44,301 bases of DNA from Hyphomonadaceae bacterium. Lineage in GTDB: Bacteria > Pseudomonadota > Alphaproteobacteria > Caulobacterales > Aquidulcibacteraceae. Below the pieces are notes generated by a model. It saw only the letters and a program-made list of their open reading frames with translations. It was not told the origin of the DNA and searched no databases. The translations under genes were made by a program, and so were the position numbers. Location: NCBI GenBank assembly GCA_021731965.1, contig JAKFWI010000037.1, forward strand, positions 1-44,301, in the 5' to 3' direction. Each line of letters opens with the position of its first letter. The stretch's first letter is position 1. This document shows positions 1 through 8,982 of this stretch, in pieces.

Positions 1-76
1 CACGAAGTGGGTCGTCAGGCCATCATGGCCGATCCCGATTGGCGCGAGGGGGCCTACCAACAGCTTGCAGTGCGCC
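1..76. repeat. Inverted duplicate of metX-internal DNA at the window edge (perfect reverse complement of 675-750)
   Basis: Direct comparison: bases 1-76 are the exact reverse complement of 675-750. Identity stops at base 77 versus 674. The + strand ORF 7..222 therefore repeats the MetX peptide [22 protein letters not shown]. Confidence 0.9.
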
Positions 77-157
77 ATCGCCGCAGCCAATATCCAGCAC
101 GCTGGCCCCCGGCGTCACGAAAGCCGCGATCGCGCCATGATCGGCCCGTTTGCTCAT
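77..157 (-). pseudogene. metW: MetW (methionine biosynthesis protein) 5' fragment, interrupted by the fold-back repeat
   Basis: The ATG at 157-155 overlaps the metX TGA (ATGA at 154-157). Translation [30 protein letters not shown] matches the MetW N-terminus and SAM-methyltransferase motif I (LDxGCGDG). After base 77 the frame runs into the inverted metX copy and stops at about 23. Confidence 0.6.
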
Positions 158-1335
158 GCCCGCTTGTCCGATTGCCAAGCCAGCCCGCGCGCCGTGGCGG
201 CCGCATCGATAAAACCGGTTAAAGTCGCCTCAAATTCCGGCTCTTCCAGCAAAAACGCGTCATGCCCCTTATCGGATAGGATTTCGACATAGGATGCCGC
301 GCAGCCCGCCGCCACTTGGGCGCGTGCGATGGCTTTGTTCTCTTCCGGCGGATAATGCCAATCGCTGGAGAAACCAAAGCTGCAAAAGCGGGTGCGCGAA
401 TGGCGAAAGGCCTGCGCCAGCGTGCCGCCATAATCGGCCGCCAGATCAAACTGATCCGCCGCGCGGGTGATGTAGAGATAGGAATTGGCATCGAAGCGAT
501 CGATAAAGCTGCGGCCTTGATGGCGCAGATAGCTTTCCACCTGGAAATCGGGATCGAAGCTGAACGTGCCGGCGGCCTTGGCCTTCGGCGCGCGGCCAAA
601 GCGGCGCTGCAACGCCGCCTGCGATAGATAGGTCACGTGGGCCGCCATGCGCGCCACCGCCAAGCCTTTGGCCGGGCGCACTGCAAGCTGTTGGTAGGCC
701 CCCTCGCGCCAATCGGGATCGGCCATGATGGCCTGACGACCCACTTCGTGGAAGGCGATGTTCTGGGCACTGTGGCGGGCGCTGGTGGCGATGGTGGCGC
801 AAGCAAACACGCGCTCCGGGTAAGCGGCGGCCCATTGCAGCGCCTGCATGCCGCCGATCGAGCCGCCGATCACCGCAAACAAACTGGGCACACCCAGCGC
901 ATCCAGCAGCATGGCCTGGGCGCGCACCATGTCGGCGATGGTGATCACCGGAAACCGCAAAGCGTAGGGCTTGCCCTCCGCGTCTTCCGAGCTCGGCCCG
1001 GAACTGCCCATGCAGCCGCCCAGGATATTCGAGCAAACCACGAAAAACCGGTTGGTATCAATGGGCCGGCCGGGGCCAACCACGCGCGGCCACCATGGCG
1101 GGCGCCCGCTCACCGGGTTGGCGCTGGCCACGAATTGATCCCCCGTCAGGGCATGGCATACCAAGACCGCGTTGGATTTGTCCTCGTTGAGCCGACCATA
1201 GGATTCATACGCGATGGTCAACGGGGCCAAAGCCGCGCCGCCGGCCAATTGCAAGGGCTTGTCTTGGGCAAAGCTCAGGCTGCGTATGCCGTTTGCCGTC
1301 GACCAGCGCCCCAATTGCGCAAGAATCTGTGTCAT
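154..1335 (-). CDS. metX: Homoserine O-acetyltransferase
   Basis: 393 aa. Alpha/beta-hydrolase MetX hallmarks are present: [22 protein letters not shown] nucleophile elbow, DWHYPP, C-terminal GHDAFLLE. It is followed by metW as in metXW operons. Confidence 0.95.
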   Translation of the reverse strand: MTQILAQLGRWSTANGIRSLSFAQDKPLQLAGGAALAPLTIAYESYGRLNEDKSNAVLVCHALTGDQFVASANPVSGRPPWWPRVVGPGRPIDTNRFFVVCSNILGGCMGSSGPSSEDAEGKPYALRFPVITIADMVRAQAMLLDALGVPSLFAVIGGSIGGMQALQWAAAYPERVFACATIATSARHSAQNIAFHEVGRQAIMADPDWREGAYQQLAVRPAKGLAVARMAAHVTYLSQAALQRRFGRAPKAKAAGTFSFDPDFQVESYLRHQGRSFIDRFDANSYLYITRAADQFDLAADYGGTLAQAFRHSRTRFCSFGFSSDWHYPPEENKAIARAQVAAGCAASYVEILSDKGHDAFLLEEPEFEATLTGFIDAAATARGLAWQSDKRA

Positions 1336-1518
1336 GCCCGAATCATAGCAGAAGTTTCACACCCAAGCTTCTGAAGAACGCCGGCAGCCTGTTAGACGAT
1401 CCCCCGGAGGCGTTGCAAGGCCATCACTTGGACGTCAAGGCGGCGCGGGCTAAAGAGCGGATACCGATTTGACTGAATCGGCTCAAATCGGCCCCCCTCC
1501 GCTCTACACGATTAAATC

Positions 1519-1567
1519 AGACCCGTTGTGTTGTGAAAACCGGGTCACACTTTTCCGGAACGGGTCT
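1519..1567. promoter_or_regulatory. Nested inverted repeat about 30 nt upstream of the chorismate mutase start
   Basis: AGACCCGTT (1519-1527) and AACGGGTCT (1559-1567) form a perfect 9-bp inverted repeat. An inner TGTGA/TCACA pair sits at 1532-1536 and 1545-1549. It lies in the divergent metX / chorismate mutase intergenic region. Confidence 0.3.
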
Positions 1568-1592
1568 AAGGTAACATTTCGATGATGGACAC

Positions 1593-2468
1593 GTGATGAT
1601 AGAGACCCCGACGCCCCCCGAGCCGCCCGAACCCGAGCTGCCAGAGCCTGCACCGCATGAGCCCCAAGTGCATGAGCCACTATTGCATGCGCAGCCCGTG
1701 CACGATCTGCGCCAGCAGATCGACGCGATCGACGATGCCTTGCTGGATTTGTTCGCCCAGCGCATGGCGCTCGCGCCCGCTTTGAAGGCGGCAAAGGGCG
1801 GCGCGGAAGGTGTGGCGGCCATGCGCCCGGCGCGGGAAGTCTTGGTGCTCAAGCGGCTAATCGCCCGCGCCGGCCCCGCGTTGGACGCCAACCATCTCGT
1901 TGACGTTTGGCGCCAGATCATGGCCGCCAGCCTCAATGCCCAGACCGAGATCGAAGTGGCGATTGCGGGTGCGGGCGATGTCATGCGCTATCACGATGTT
2001 GCACGCCGTTATTTCGGGCATGGCGTGCGCTTCACCCGCGAAGCGGAAGTCCGCACGGCCCTCAACCGCGCAGTCGATCAGGACCGGGTGGTGGCGGTGG
2101 TGCCCTGGCCGGGATCCAGCGGCTCAGGCGTTTGGTGGCCCTGCCTGACCGAGACGCGCTATCACTGCCTCTCCATGGTGGCGGCCCTGCCCATGCGCGG
2201 CGAAGCGGAAGTGGCATTGTTCGCGCGCACCAACCAATTCGAAGCAACGGGTCACGACGAATCCTTGGCACTTGCTTATGATCCTCATCATCGATTGACA
2301 CGATGCTTGAATACGGCGCAGCTGACTGGGCGCGAGCTCGGTCGCGCTTCGGATAAACTGTTGCTGTCTCTCGATGGGTTCGTCCCGCCTGATGATCCAA
2401 GGCTGCTGGCAGCCCTGCGCTCTGGGCTGGATGGGCTACGGGTTATCGGCTGCTTTTCACGAGTGTAA
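1593..2468 (+). CDS. Chorismate mutase family protein (N-terminal CM type-II helix region plus an uncharacterised C-terminal domain)
   Basis: LRQQIDAIDDALLDLFAQRMALA is typical of the AroQ chorismate mutase helix 1. The gene sits directly upstream of hisC-tyrC. The Pro/Glu-rich first ~35 aa make the start uncertain (GTG 1593, ATG 1596, or in-frame GTG 1668/1698). Confidence 0.75.
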   Translation: MMIETPTPPEPPEPELPEPAPHEPQVHEPLLHAQPVHDLRQQIDAIDDALLDLFAQRMALAPALKAAKGGAEGVAAMRPAREVLVLKRLIARAGPALDANHLVDVWRQIMAASLNAQTEIEVAIAGAGDVMRYHDVARRYFGHGVRFTREAEVRTALNRAVDQDRVVAVVPWPGSSGSGVWWPCLTETRYHCLSMVAALPMRGEAEVALFARTNQFEATGHDESLALAYDPHHRLTRCLNTAQLTGRELGRASDKLLLSLDGFVPPDDPRLLAALRSGLDGLRVIGCFSRV

Positions 2469-2473
2469 CACCC

Positions 2474-3559
2474 ATGTCTCCCAAGCCGCTTCCCTGTGTC
2501 GCTGCGATAGAACCCTATCGCGGCGGCGAATCCACGATCCCGGGGATCCCGCATCCGATCAAATTGTCTTCCAATGAAAACCCCCTCGGGGCCAGCCCCC
2601 GCGCGATCGAGGCCTATCGCGGTGGTGGCGATACGTTGGCGCGCTATCCAGAAGGCTCGTCGCGGCGGCTTAGGGCGGCCATCGCCGCGCGCTATGGGCT
2701 GGAGGAGGCGCGCATTCTTTGCTCTGCTGGCTCGGATGAAGCCATCCAGCTGATGGGCCGCGCTTATCTCGCGCCGGGCGATGAGGTCATCCAATCCCAA
2801 TATGGGTTTTTGATGTATCGGCTGATGGCGCAAGCCTGCGGGGCCAGCGTGCTGGCTGGGCCCGATCGGGACTTCACGGTGGATGTCGATGCCATGCTGG
2901 CCTTGGTTGGCCCGCGCACCAAAATGGTGTTTCTGGCCAATCCCAATAATCCCACCGGCACCTACATCCCCGGCGACGCCCTGCGGCGGCTGCATGCGGG
3001 CCTGCCCAATGATGTGCTGCTGGTGCTCGATGCGGCCTATGCCGAATACGTCATGCACAGCGATTACGAGGATGGCGCGCTGCTGGCCAGCCGGCACGAT
3101 AATGTGCTGATGACCCGGACCTTCTCTAAAATCCATGGCCTGGCGGGGCTGCGGCTGGGCTGGACCTACGGCGCCGCGGAAATCATCGAGGCTTTGCACC
3201 GCGTGCGGGGCCCGTTCAACGTGTCGGGCCCAGCGCAGGCGGCTGGCATCGCGGCCATCAATGACCTTGCCTTCGAGGCCGAATCCCGCACGCAAAACGC
3301 CCAGGAATTAGCGCGGCTGACGCAGGGTCTGCGTGCGCTGGGGCTTGATGCCATCCCCAGCGTCGCCAATTTCGTGCTGGTCAGCTTTGGTCAACATTCG
3401 GCGGCCAGCGCCAATCGGGCCTTGCGCGCCCAGGGCCTGATCGTCCGTGACGTGTCATCCTACGGCTTAACCAACCATTTGCGCATCAGCATTGGCCTTC
3501 CCGCGGAAATCGACGCCGTATTGGCGGCGCTGAGCGCCCATTTGCGCGCGGCCGCGTGA
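2474..3559 (+). CDS. hisC: Histidinol-phosphate / aromatic aminotransferase
   Basis: 361 aa. Motifs: LSSNENPLG, ANPNNPTG, and the PLP-lysine motif FSKIHGLAGLRLGW. Confidence 0.9.
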   Translation: MSPKPLPCVAAIEPYRGGESTIPGIPHPIKLSSNENPLGASPRAIEAYRGGGDTLARYPEGSSRRLRAAIAARYGLEEARILCSAGSDEAIQLMGRAYLAPGDEVIQSQYGFLMYRLMAQACGASVLAGPDRDFTVDVDAMLALVGPRTKMVFLANPNNPTGTYIPGDALRRLHAGLPNDVLLVLDAAYAEYVMHSDYEDGALLASRHDNVLMTRTFSKIHGLAGLRLGWTYGAAEIIEALHRVRGPFNVSGPAQAAGIAAINDLAFEAESRTQNAQELARLTQGLRALGLDAIPSVANFVLVSFGQHSAASANRALRAQGLIVRDVSSYGLTNHLRISIGLPAEIDAVLAALSAHLRAAA

Positions 3560-4479
3560 GCGAACCCGCTTTTACGCGTGTCGCCGTGCTTGGCGTTGGC
3601 CTGATCGGCTCCTCGATCGCACGCGCGCTGCAGCGATATCACCCCGGCATTCCGGTGCAGCTGTTCGATGCCGATGCGCAGGTGCGCCAGCGCGCTGCGG
3701 CTTTGGGGCTGGGCCAGGTCCAGGACACGGCGGCGCACGCTGCCGCGGGCGCGGACTTGATCATCCTGGCCACCCCCGTAGGGGCCATGGCGCAAGCCGC
3801 CGCTGCGGCGCGGCCCGGGATGGCCCACGCGGTGGTGGTCAGTGATGTCGGCTCCACCAAGCAGGCCGTGATCGAGTCCGTCACGCCGCATCTGCCCGAT
3901 CACGCGCTGTTCATTCCGGGCCATCCGGTGGCCGGCACGGAATATTCGGGGCCAGACAGCGGCTTTGCCGCTTTGTTCGACAAGCGCTGGCTGATCCTCA
4001 CGCCGCTGGACGATCCGCGCCCTGCTTACGCGACGGCTGTCACGCGGCTGGAGGAATTCTGGAGGCAATTGGGCGCCAAGGTGGCCCGCATGGATGCGGC
4101 GCGCCATGATCTCACCTTGGCCATCACCAGCCATTTGCCGCATTTGATCGCCTTCACGATCGTGGCCACCGCCGAGGATTTGGAGACGGTCACCGAGGCC
4201 GATGTGGTGAAATATTCCGCCGGCGGCTTTCGCGATTTCACCCGCATCGCCGCCTCCGATCCGACCATGTGGCGCGACGTGTTCCTTGCCAATCGCGACG
4301 GGGTGCTCGAAGTGCTGGGCCGCTTCAGCGAAAATCTGGCCGCCTTGCAACGCGCCATCCGTTGGGGCGATGGGCAGACGCTATTTGACACCTTCACACG
4401 GGCCCGGCGCGTTCGCCGCGAGGTGATCGAGGCCGGCCAGGATACCGCCGCCCCCAATTGGGGCCGGGACCCAAGCTAA
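3556..4479 (+). CDS. tyrC: Prephenate/arogenate dehydrogenase
   Basis: 307 aa. It has the N-terminal Rossmann motif VAVLGVGLIGSSIA and GHPVAGTE, SHLPHLIA, DPTMWRDV motifs. The GTG start overlaps the hisC TGA (GTGA at 3556-3559). Confidence 0.85.
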   Translation: MSEPAFTRVAVLGVGLIGSSIARALQRYHPGIPVQLFDADAQVRQRAAALGLGQVQDTAAHAAAGADLIILATPVGAMAQAAAAARPGMAHAVVVSDVGSTKQAVIESVTPHLPDHALFIPGHPVAGTEYSGPDSGFAALFDKRWLILTPLDDPRPAYATAVTRLEEFWRQLGAKVARMDAARHDLTLAITSHLPHLIAFTIVATAEDLETVTEADVVKYSAGGFRDFTRIAASDPTMWRDVFLANRDGVLEVLGRFSENLAALQRAIRWGDGQTLFDTFTRARRVRREVIEAGQDTAAPNWGRDPS

Positions 4480-5186
4480 GGACCCGCCTCTTGAGCCAAA
4501 TCCGCGCAGCCTGCCTCGATGCGCTCTTCCAGCTGGCGCATGAATTCGCGGCGCGGCAGGCCGCCTGGGATCGGCGGCAAAAAGCGGATCACGGCCTGGC
4601 CGGGCTTGCGCAGAAAGCCGTGGCAATACAGCCCGGTATTGAGCGCCACGGGCGTGCAAGGCACCTCCAGCTCGCGGTAGATGGCGGCCACGCCGGGCTT
4701 GTAATCAGGCACCGCACCCGGTGCCTGGCGCGTCCCTTCCGGGAAGATGAAGATCGCCCGCCCATCGGCAAAGCTGGCCCGGGCGGCGCGCACCATATCT
4801 TTCAGCGCCTTGGCGTGGGCTTCGCGGTCCACCATGATCATGCCGGTGCGCTGCACAAACCAGCCAAATACCGGCATGGCGCGCAGCTCTTGTTTGAAGA
4901 CGATGGCCGGCTCTGGCAGTGCCAAGAAGATAGCGATAGTTTCCAGCATGGATTGGTGCTTGCAGGCCACCAGGCCGCCGCCCTTTGGCGCGTGCTCCAA
5001 CCCCTCAAAGCGCAGATGCAGGCCGCAAATCCAACGCAAGCCAAACACCGCATAGCGTGACCAGACCCGCGCCGAAATCAAGCTGGCCCGCGCGTTGAGC
5101 ATGGAGGCCGGCATGCCCGAAATGCCAATCACCGCCATGCCGGCATAGAGATAAACGACATAAAGCAAAGAGCGCGCCCAAATCAT
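4476..5186 (-). CDS. plsC: 1-acyl-sn-glycerol-3-phosphate acyltransferase
   Basis: 236 aa. It has an N-terminal TM segment, acyltransferase motif I (CKHQSMLET, the HX4D-type block) and motif III (FPEGTR). Confidence 0.85.
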   Translation of the reverse strand: MIWARSLLYVVYLYAGMAVIGISGMPASMLNARASLISARVWSRYAVFGLRWICGLHLRFEGLEHAPKGGGLVACKHQSMLETIAIFLALPEPAIVFKQELRAMPVFGWFVQRTGMIMVDREAHAKALKDMVRAARASFADGRAIFIFPEGTRQAPGAVPDYKPGVAAIYRELEVPCTPVALNTGLYCHGFLRKPGQAVIRFLPPIPGGLPRREFMRQLEERIEAGCADLAQEAGP

Positions 5187-5824
5187 GGGCTACTCGCGCC
5201 GCGGCCATCCGCGCCGATCAGCCCTTCTCTTGCCTGAATCGCCAGCAATTTCAGATACTCCGCCCCCAAGCGCGCCGCCAGGCGCGGATCCCCCTGCCAT
5301 ACCTCCGGCCGGCCCAGCCGGCTGGCCACAGGATAAGCGGTGAAGTGGGCCTGCGGCAAGGCGAGGCGCAGCTCGATCAAGCTGCGCGCCATGTGGTAAT
5401 CCTCCGTCACCAGGATGATGTCGCGAAACTCATGCGCATGGGCCCAGGCGGCGGTTTCGGCGGCATTGCCAATGGTATCGGAGGCGGATCGGCCCAGATC
5501 CACACAGCAATCAAAGCGCTGGGCATCGACCGCCAGCGCCAGCGCGATATCCTTATCGGTGGCGGCGGGGTTAACGCCCGTGATCAGCAGACGCTGGCCA
5601 TAGCCGCCCTCCAGCAGCCGCACGCCGGTGCGGAGCCGCTCTAGCGAGCCGCCTGTCAACGCCACGATGGCCTGCGCCTTCGGAGGCGGGTCCGGTGCCT
5701 TGAGGCCGTGCACGGCAGCGGCGAAATTGGTAAAACCCAGCAGCAGCGCGCCCAAAGCGCCCAAAACGGCAACCAAGAACAGCACGCGCCAACGGCTCAC
5801 GCGCGGCCCTCCGCTTCTGACCAT
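5183..5824 (-). CDS. YdcF/SanA-type DUF218 domain membrane protein
   Basis: 213 aa. An N-terminal TM helix is followed by IVALTGGSLERL...LLITGVN and TIGNAAETAAWA...ILVTEDYHMARS, typical of DUF218. Its stop overlaps the plsC start (ATGA). Confidence 0.75.
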   Translation of the reverse strand: MVRSGGPRVSRWRVLFLVAVLGALGALLLGFTNFAAAVHGLKAPDPPPKAQAIVALTGGSLERLRTGVRLLEGGYGQRLLITGVNPAATDKDIALALAVDAQRFDCCVDLGRSASDTIGNAAETAAWAHAHEFRDIILVTEDYHMARSLIELRLALPQAHFTAYPVASRLGRPEVWQGDPRLAARLGAEYLKLLAIQAREGLIGADGRGASSP

Positions 5825-6639
5825 AGGCGCCGCGCCGCGACGCGCGCCCCAGCACCCGCCAATAAGCCGGCAAGGATGGCGATGACGCCCAACGGGCCGA
5901 TCACCTCCGGGCTGAACACCGTCAAGCGTTCCGTGATGTTCAAGCTGGGTGCCGCCCCCGCCACCAGGCCGAAGGCCAGCGCCCCCGCGGCCGCCGACCC
6001 CAAAAAGCCTGCCGCCAATCCCTCATAGGCCGCGCGCCGGGCCACGATCCCAAAGGCTTGCGACGGCATGGCCCCGCTTTCCAGCCAGGCCAGCAGCGTT
6101 TCACGCTCTTGGCGCGCACGGGCCCGAGCCGCCAGCGGAATGATCAAAGCGGCCGCGCCGCCGGAAATGGCCGCCGCCGCAATGGCAAGACGCGCGAGGC
6201 GCCGGGCCGCTGCCGCTGCCGCCTCGGCCCACGGGCCGGGCCCAAACACTTCAGCTTCAAACCCGGCGCGCGCCAGGGCCGTTTTCAGCACCTGCGCGAT
6301 GCGGGCGCTGCCTTGAGCCGATTCCACCTCTATTAGCCGCAATTCCGGCAGATCCAGCGCTTCTTGCCCAATCAATTCGCGGGCGCGCTCCTGCGTCATG
6401 GCCCGCGCAGAGGATACCCCCGGAGTGCGCCGCAACAGCGCAGCCGCCGCCTCCGCCGCGCCGGGGCGATCGGGGGCCATGACGCGCACGGTCAAGGCAC
6501 CGTCCAAACCCCGCGCCCAGACCGAAGCCGCGCTTTGCGCCGCGCCTGCCCCAAGCGCCGCGCAGGCCGCCACAAAGCAGGCGATCGCGCAGGCCCAAAA
6601 CAAAGCGGCACCGCCGCGTGATGCACCGAGTGCGTTCAT
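5797..6639 (-). CDS. ftsX: FtsX-like cell-division permease
   Basis: The start is trimmed to MNALGAS (ATG 6639-6637), which overlaps the ftsE-like stop (ATGA). The layout is an N-terminal TM segment, a periplasmic domain and C-terminal TM helices. Its position after the ftsE homologue supports the call. Confidence 0.7.
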   Translation of the reverse strand: MNALGASRGGAALFWACAIACFVAACAALGAGAAQSAASVWARGLDGALTVRVMAPDRPGAAEAAAALLRRTPGVSSARAMTQERARELIGQEALDLPELRLIEVESAQGSARIAQVLKTALARAGFEAEVFGPGPWAEAAAAAARRLARLAIAAAAISGGAAALIIPLAARARARQERETLLAWLESGAMPSQAFGIVARRAAYEGLAAGFLGSAAAGALAFGLVAGAAPSLNITERLTVFSPEVIGPLGVIAILAGLLAGAGARVAARRLWSEAEGRA

Positions 6640-7361
6640 GGCGCAGCCTCCGCGCCGGGAGGTTTTAGCAGGCCATCGGCGATGAGATGGCGGCTGGCGT
6701 GCAGCTGCTGGCATTCCGCTTGGTTCAAGCCGCTAAATACCATGCCCGCCCCGCCTTCGCGCAGCGCGCCGAGCGCGGACTGCATGGCGCGCTGGGCCCG
6801 GTGGGTGATGCCCGCAAAGGGTGCATCGCCCAGCAGCAGCGCTGGGCGCGCCACCACGGCCCGCGCCAACACCGCCGCCTTGCGCGACGCGGCACTGGCC
6901 CCGGCCGCCGGCAGCTCCGCCTCAGCCTCCAGGCCAAATTCAAACAGCATTTCCCTGACTTCCTCACGCACGGTGCGATCCAGCCGCCCAGACAAACGCG
7001 CAGGCAATTCGATATTGGCCGTCAAGCTCAGCATCGGCGCAAGCTGCGCATCGCTGCCGATCAGGGCCATGCGCCGACGCAAACGCGCGCGCGCCCCCAG
7101 CCCCCCGCGCCGTGCTTCGTGCCCATAGAGGTACATCCGCCCCTCCCGCACAGGCAAAAGCAGCCGCATCACCAGCATCAGCCGGTGCACGCTGAGCGCC
7201 TCGCCCTCGAGATGGGCGCAGCCCCCCGCACGCACTTCCAAATAAGGAATTTCCAGCCAGCGAACGCGCCCGCGCAAACCGACCACCAGCTGCTCACAGC
7301 GCAAAGCGGCAGGCCAATCAAACAAAGCGTCATCGGCGGCGGAAAGAGAAGATTGAGACAT
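6636..7361 (-). CDS. ftsE: FtsE-like ABC ATPase homologue with degenerate nucleotide-binding motifs
   Basis: Collinear by eye with FtsE. Walker A, ABC signature, Walker B and H-loop positions are all substituted (see finding). The start is taken at MSQSSL (7361); an alternative start is 7400. Confidence 0.7.
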   Translation of the reverse strand: MSQSSLSAADDALFDWPAALRCEQLVVGLRGRVRWLEIPYLEVRAGGCAHLEGEALSVHRLMLVMRLLLPVREGRMYLYGHEARRGGLGARARLRRRMALIGSDAQLAPMLSLTANIELPARLSGRLDRTVREEVREMLFEFGLEAEAELPAAGASAASRKAAVLARAVVARPALLLGDAPFAGITHRAQRAMQSALGALREGGAGMVFSGLNQAECQQLHASRHLIADGLLKPPGAEAAP

Positions 7362-7432
7362 CTGGACGCATCTATTCGAATCAGGGCAGGCGCTATGCAT
7401 ACCAGCATCGGCCTCTGGGGCGAATCCGTACC

Positions 7433-8209
7433 ATGATCCTGATCTGCACGTCCTGCGCCAGTCGCTACTTCGCTGCCGACGAATCCATCGGCGAAGGGCG
7501 CATGGTCAAATGCGCGGCCTGCGGCCATGAATGGGTCGCCACCCCAAGTCTTACACTCGATCAATCGCTCGATGATGCCCCCGCGGCCGGCAAAGCTGCG
7601 CACCTCGCGAAAGGCTTTCTAAAGCGACCGCCGCGCGCGCCGCTGGAGCGCTCCCCAGCCGCCATGATCCGTGCCCGTCAGGCGCAGCGGGAGCGGCGCA
7701 CCCGTTTGTTTCAGGCCTCAGGGGCCTGGGGCGGCGCATTGATCATGCTGGCGGGGATTTTTACCGCTGGGGCGGTGGTGCGCGATCCGCTGGCGCGGGT
7801 CTGGCCGCAGAGCGCCAGCCTGTTCACCGCGGCGGGGCTTGAGGTGAATATCTACGGCTTGATCATCGAGGATGTGGAAACGACCCGCACCGAAACTCCA
7901 CAAGGTGCGGCCATCCGCGTGCGCGGCATCGTCCGCAATCTGCGCCTTAGTCAACAAGCAACGCCGCCCATCCGGATCCTGTGGCGCGATAGCAATGGCC
8001 GTTTGCTCAGTGATACGCTTGGCCACCCGGAAAAAACCATCTTGGGCGCAGGAAAGCTGACCCGCTTTGAAGGCCTGATCAGCGGGCCGGTCGCCAGCGC
8101 TGCTTTGGTCGAGGTGCGGTTCGGCTTGCGCCAAGGAGAGCAATTGGCGCTGCACAGCCCGGCGCAAAGCCCCGCCGCGCCGCAAGTGGTCGCCGCCTTG
8201 GCGCATTAG
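7433..8209 (+). CDS. MJ0042-type zinc-ribbon protein with a C-terminal DUF3426-like domain
   Basis: N-terminal CTSC...17 aa...CAAC zinc ribbon (MILICTSCASRYFAADESIGEGRMVKCAACGHEW), then one TM helix and a beta-rich C-terminal domain. It is divergent from ftsE. Confidence 0.75.
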   Translation: MILICTSCASRYFAADESIGEGRMVKCAACGHEWVATPSLTLDQSLDDAPAAGKAAHLAKGFLKRPPRAPLERSPAAMIRARQAQRERRTRLFQASGAWGGALIMLAGIFTAGAVVRDPLARVWPQSASLFTAAGLEVNIYGLIIEDVETTRTETPQGAAIRVRGIVRNLRLSQQATPPIRILWRDSNGRLLSDTLGHPEKTILGAGKLTRFEGLISGPVASAALVEVRFGLRQGEQLALHSPAQSPAAPQVVAALAH

Positions 8210-8280
8210 CGGCGGACACGAGACGGGTCCGCCCCACATGCCCACTCGCACGGCGCAGCGCGCCAAGCTATAGGCGATCC

Positions 8281-8796
8281 ATGCCCAAGCTCACGCCCCT
8301 CATCTCCGCCCAAGCCGTGCAGGATCGCGTCGCGGCATTGGCCCAGGATCTGGCCCCCTTGGTCGATGAAAACTGGAACCTCATCGTGCTGCTGCAGGGA
8401 GCGATGCCGTTTGCGGTGGATTTGCAGCGCGCCCTGGCCCGGCTTGATCGCCACCCCGTGCAAGATTGCCTTTGGCTGGAAAGCTATCGCGACGGGCGCG
8501 CCTCTTCTGGGCGGGTCGTGGTGCGGGCGGATCTGTCGCGCAGCCTGGAGGGGCGCGCCGCGCTGATCCTGGACGATGTGTTCGATACCGGGCGAACCAT
8601 CGCCTTTGCCCGCGCGCATTTGCTGGCCAAGGGAGCGATATCCACGCGCGCATGCGCTTTGGTGCGCAAGCCTGCCTCCGGCACCCAGGATATCGAGCAT
8701 GTCGGCTTCGAGGCGGAGGATCGCTTTCTGGTTGGTTATGGCATGGACGATGCGGGGCGCTATCGTGGACTGCCCTTTATTGCCGCGCTGGATTAG
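8281..8796 (+). CDS. hpt: Hypoxanthine-guanine phosphoribosyltransferase
   Basis: 171 aa. It has the PRPP-binding motif LILDDVFDTGRT and C-terminal VGYGMDDAGRYRGLPFIAAL. Confidence 0.9.
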   Translation: MPKLTPLISAQAVQDRVAALAQDLAPLVDENWNLIVLLQGAMPFAVDLQRALARLDRHPVQDCLWLESYRDGRASSGRVVVRADLSRSLEGRAALILDDVFDTGRTIAFARAHLLAKGAISTRACALVRKPASGTQDIEHVGFEAEDRFLVGYGMDDAGRYRGLPFIAALD

Positions 8797-8982
8797 CCCG
8801 CCTTATTCACGATATCCGCGATCGTCACGCAGGCGAATGTGTTGGATTGTCCGGAAAGGCGCGCTGAGCGCAGCTTGGCTATCGTGAACGATCCGGGTTA
8901 ACCCGCCTTCCAGCTTTACGAAATCAGGCTTTGCTCTCTGCGTCTTTCCACCGGCTGAGCGAAACGAAGCGCTGAGTTTCTC

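Noticed and set aside
1336-1592. Possible SAM-II (metA-type) riboswitch in the ~250-nt metX leader. Alphaproteobacterial metX/metA genes often carry one, and the minus strand reads GUGAUGGCCUUGCAACGCC…AGAAGCUU.
   Set aside because: I could not reproduce the compact pseudoknot or the conserved AAAGCU spacing from memory. The candidate 3' element is about 50 nt away and imperfect. It needs an Infernal scan with the SAM-II, SAM-V and SAM/SAH models. A significant hit would revive it.
8849-8859. GTCCGGAAAGG resembles the SRP (4.5S) RNA conserved GGUCCGGAAGGAAGCAGCC core.
   Set aside because: The match breaks down immediately after GGAA, and no flanking helix 8-type pairing was found.
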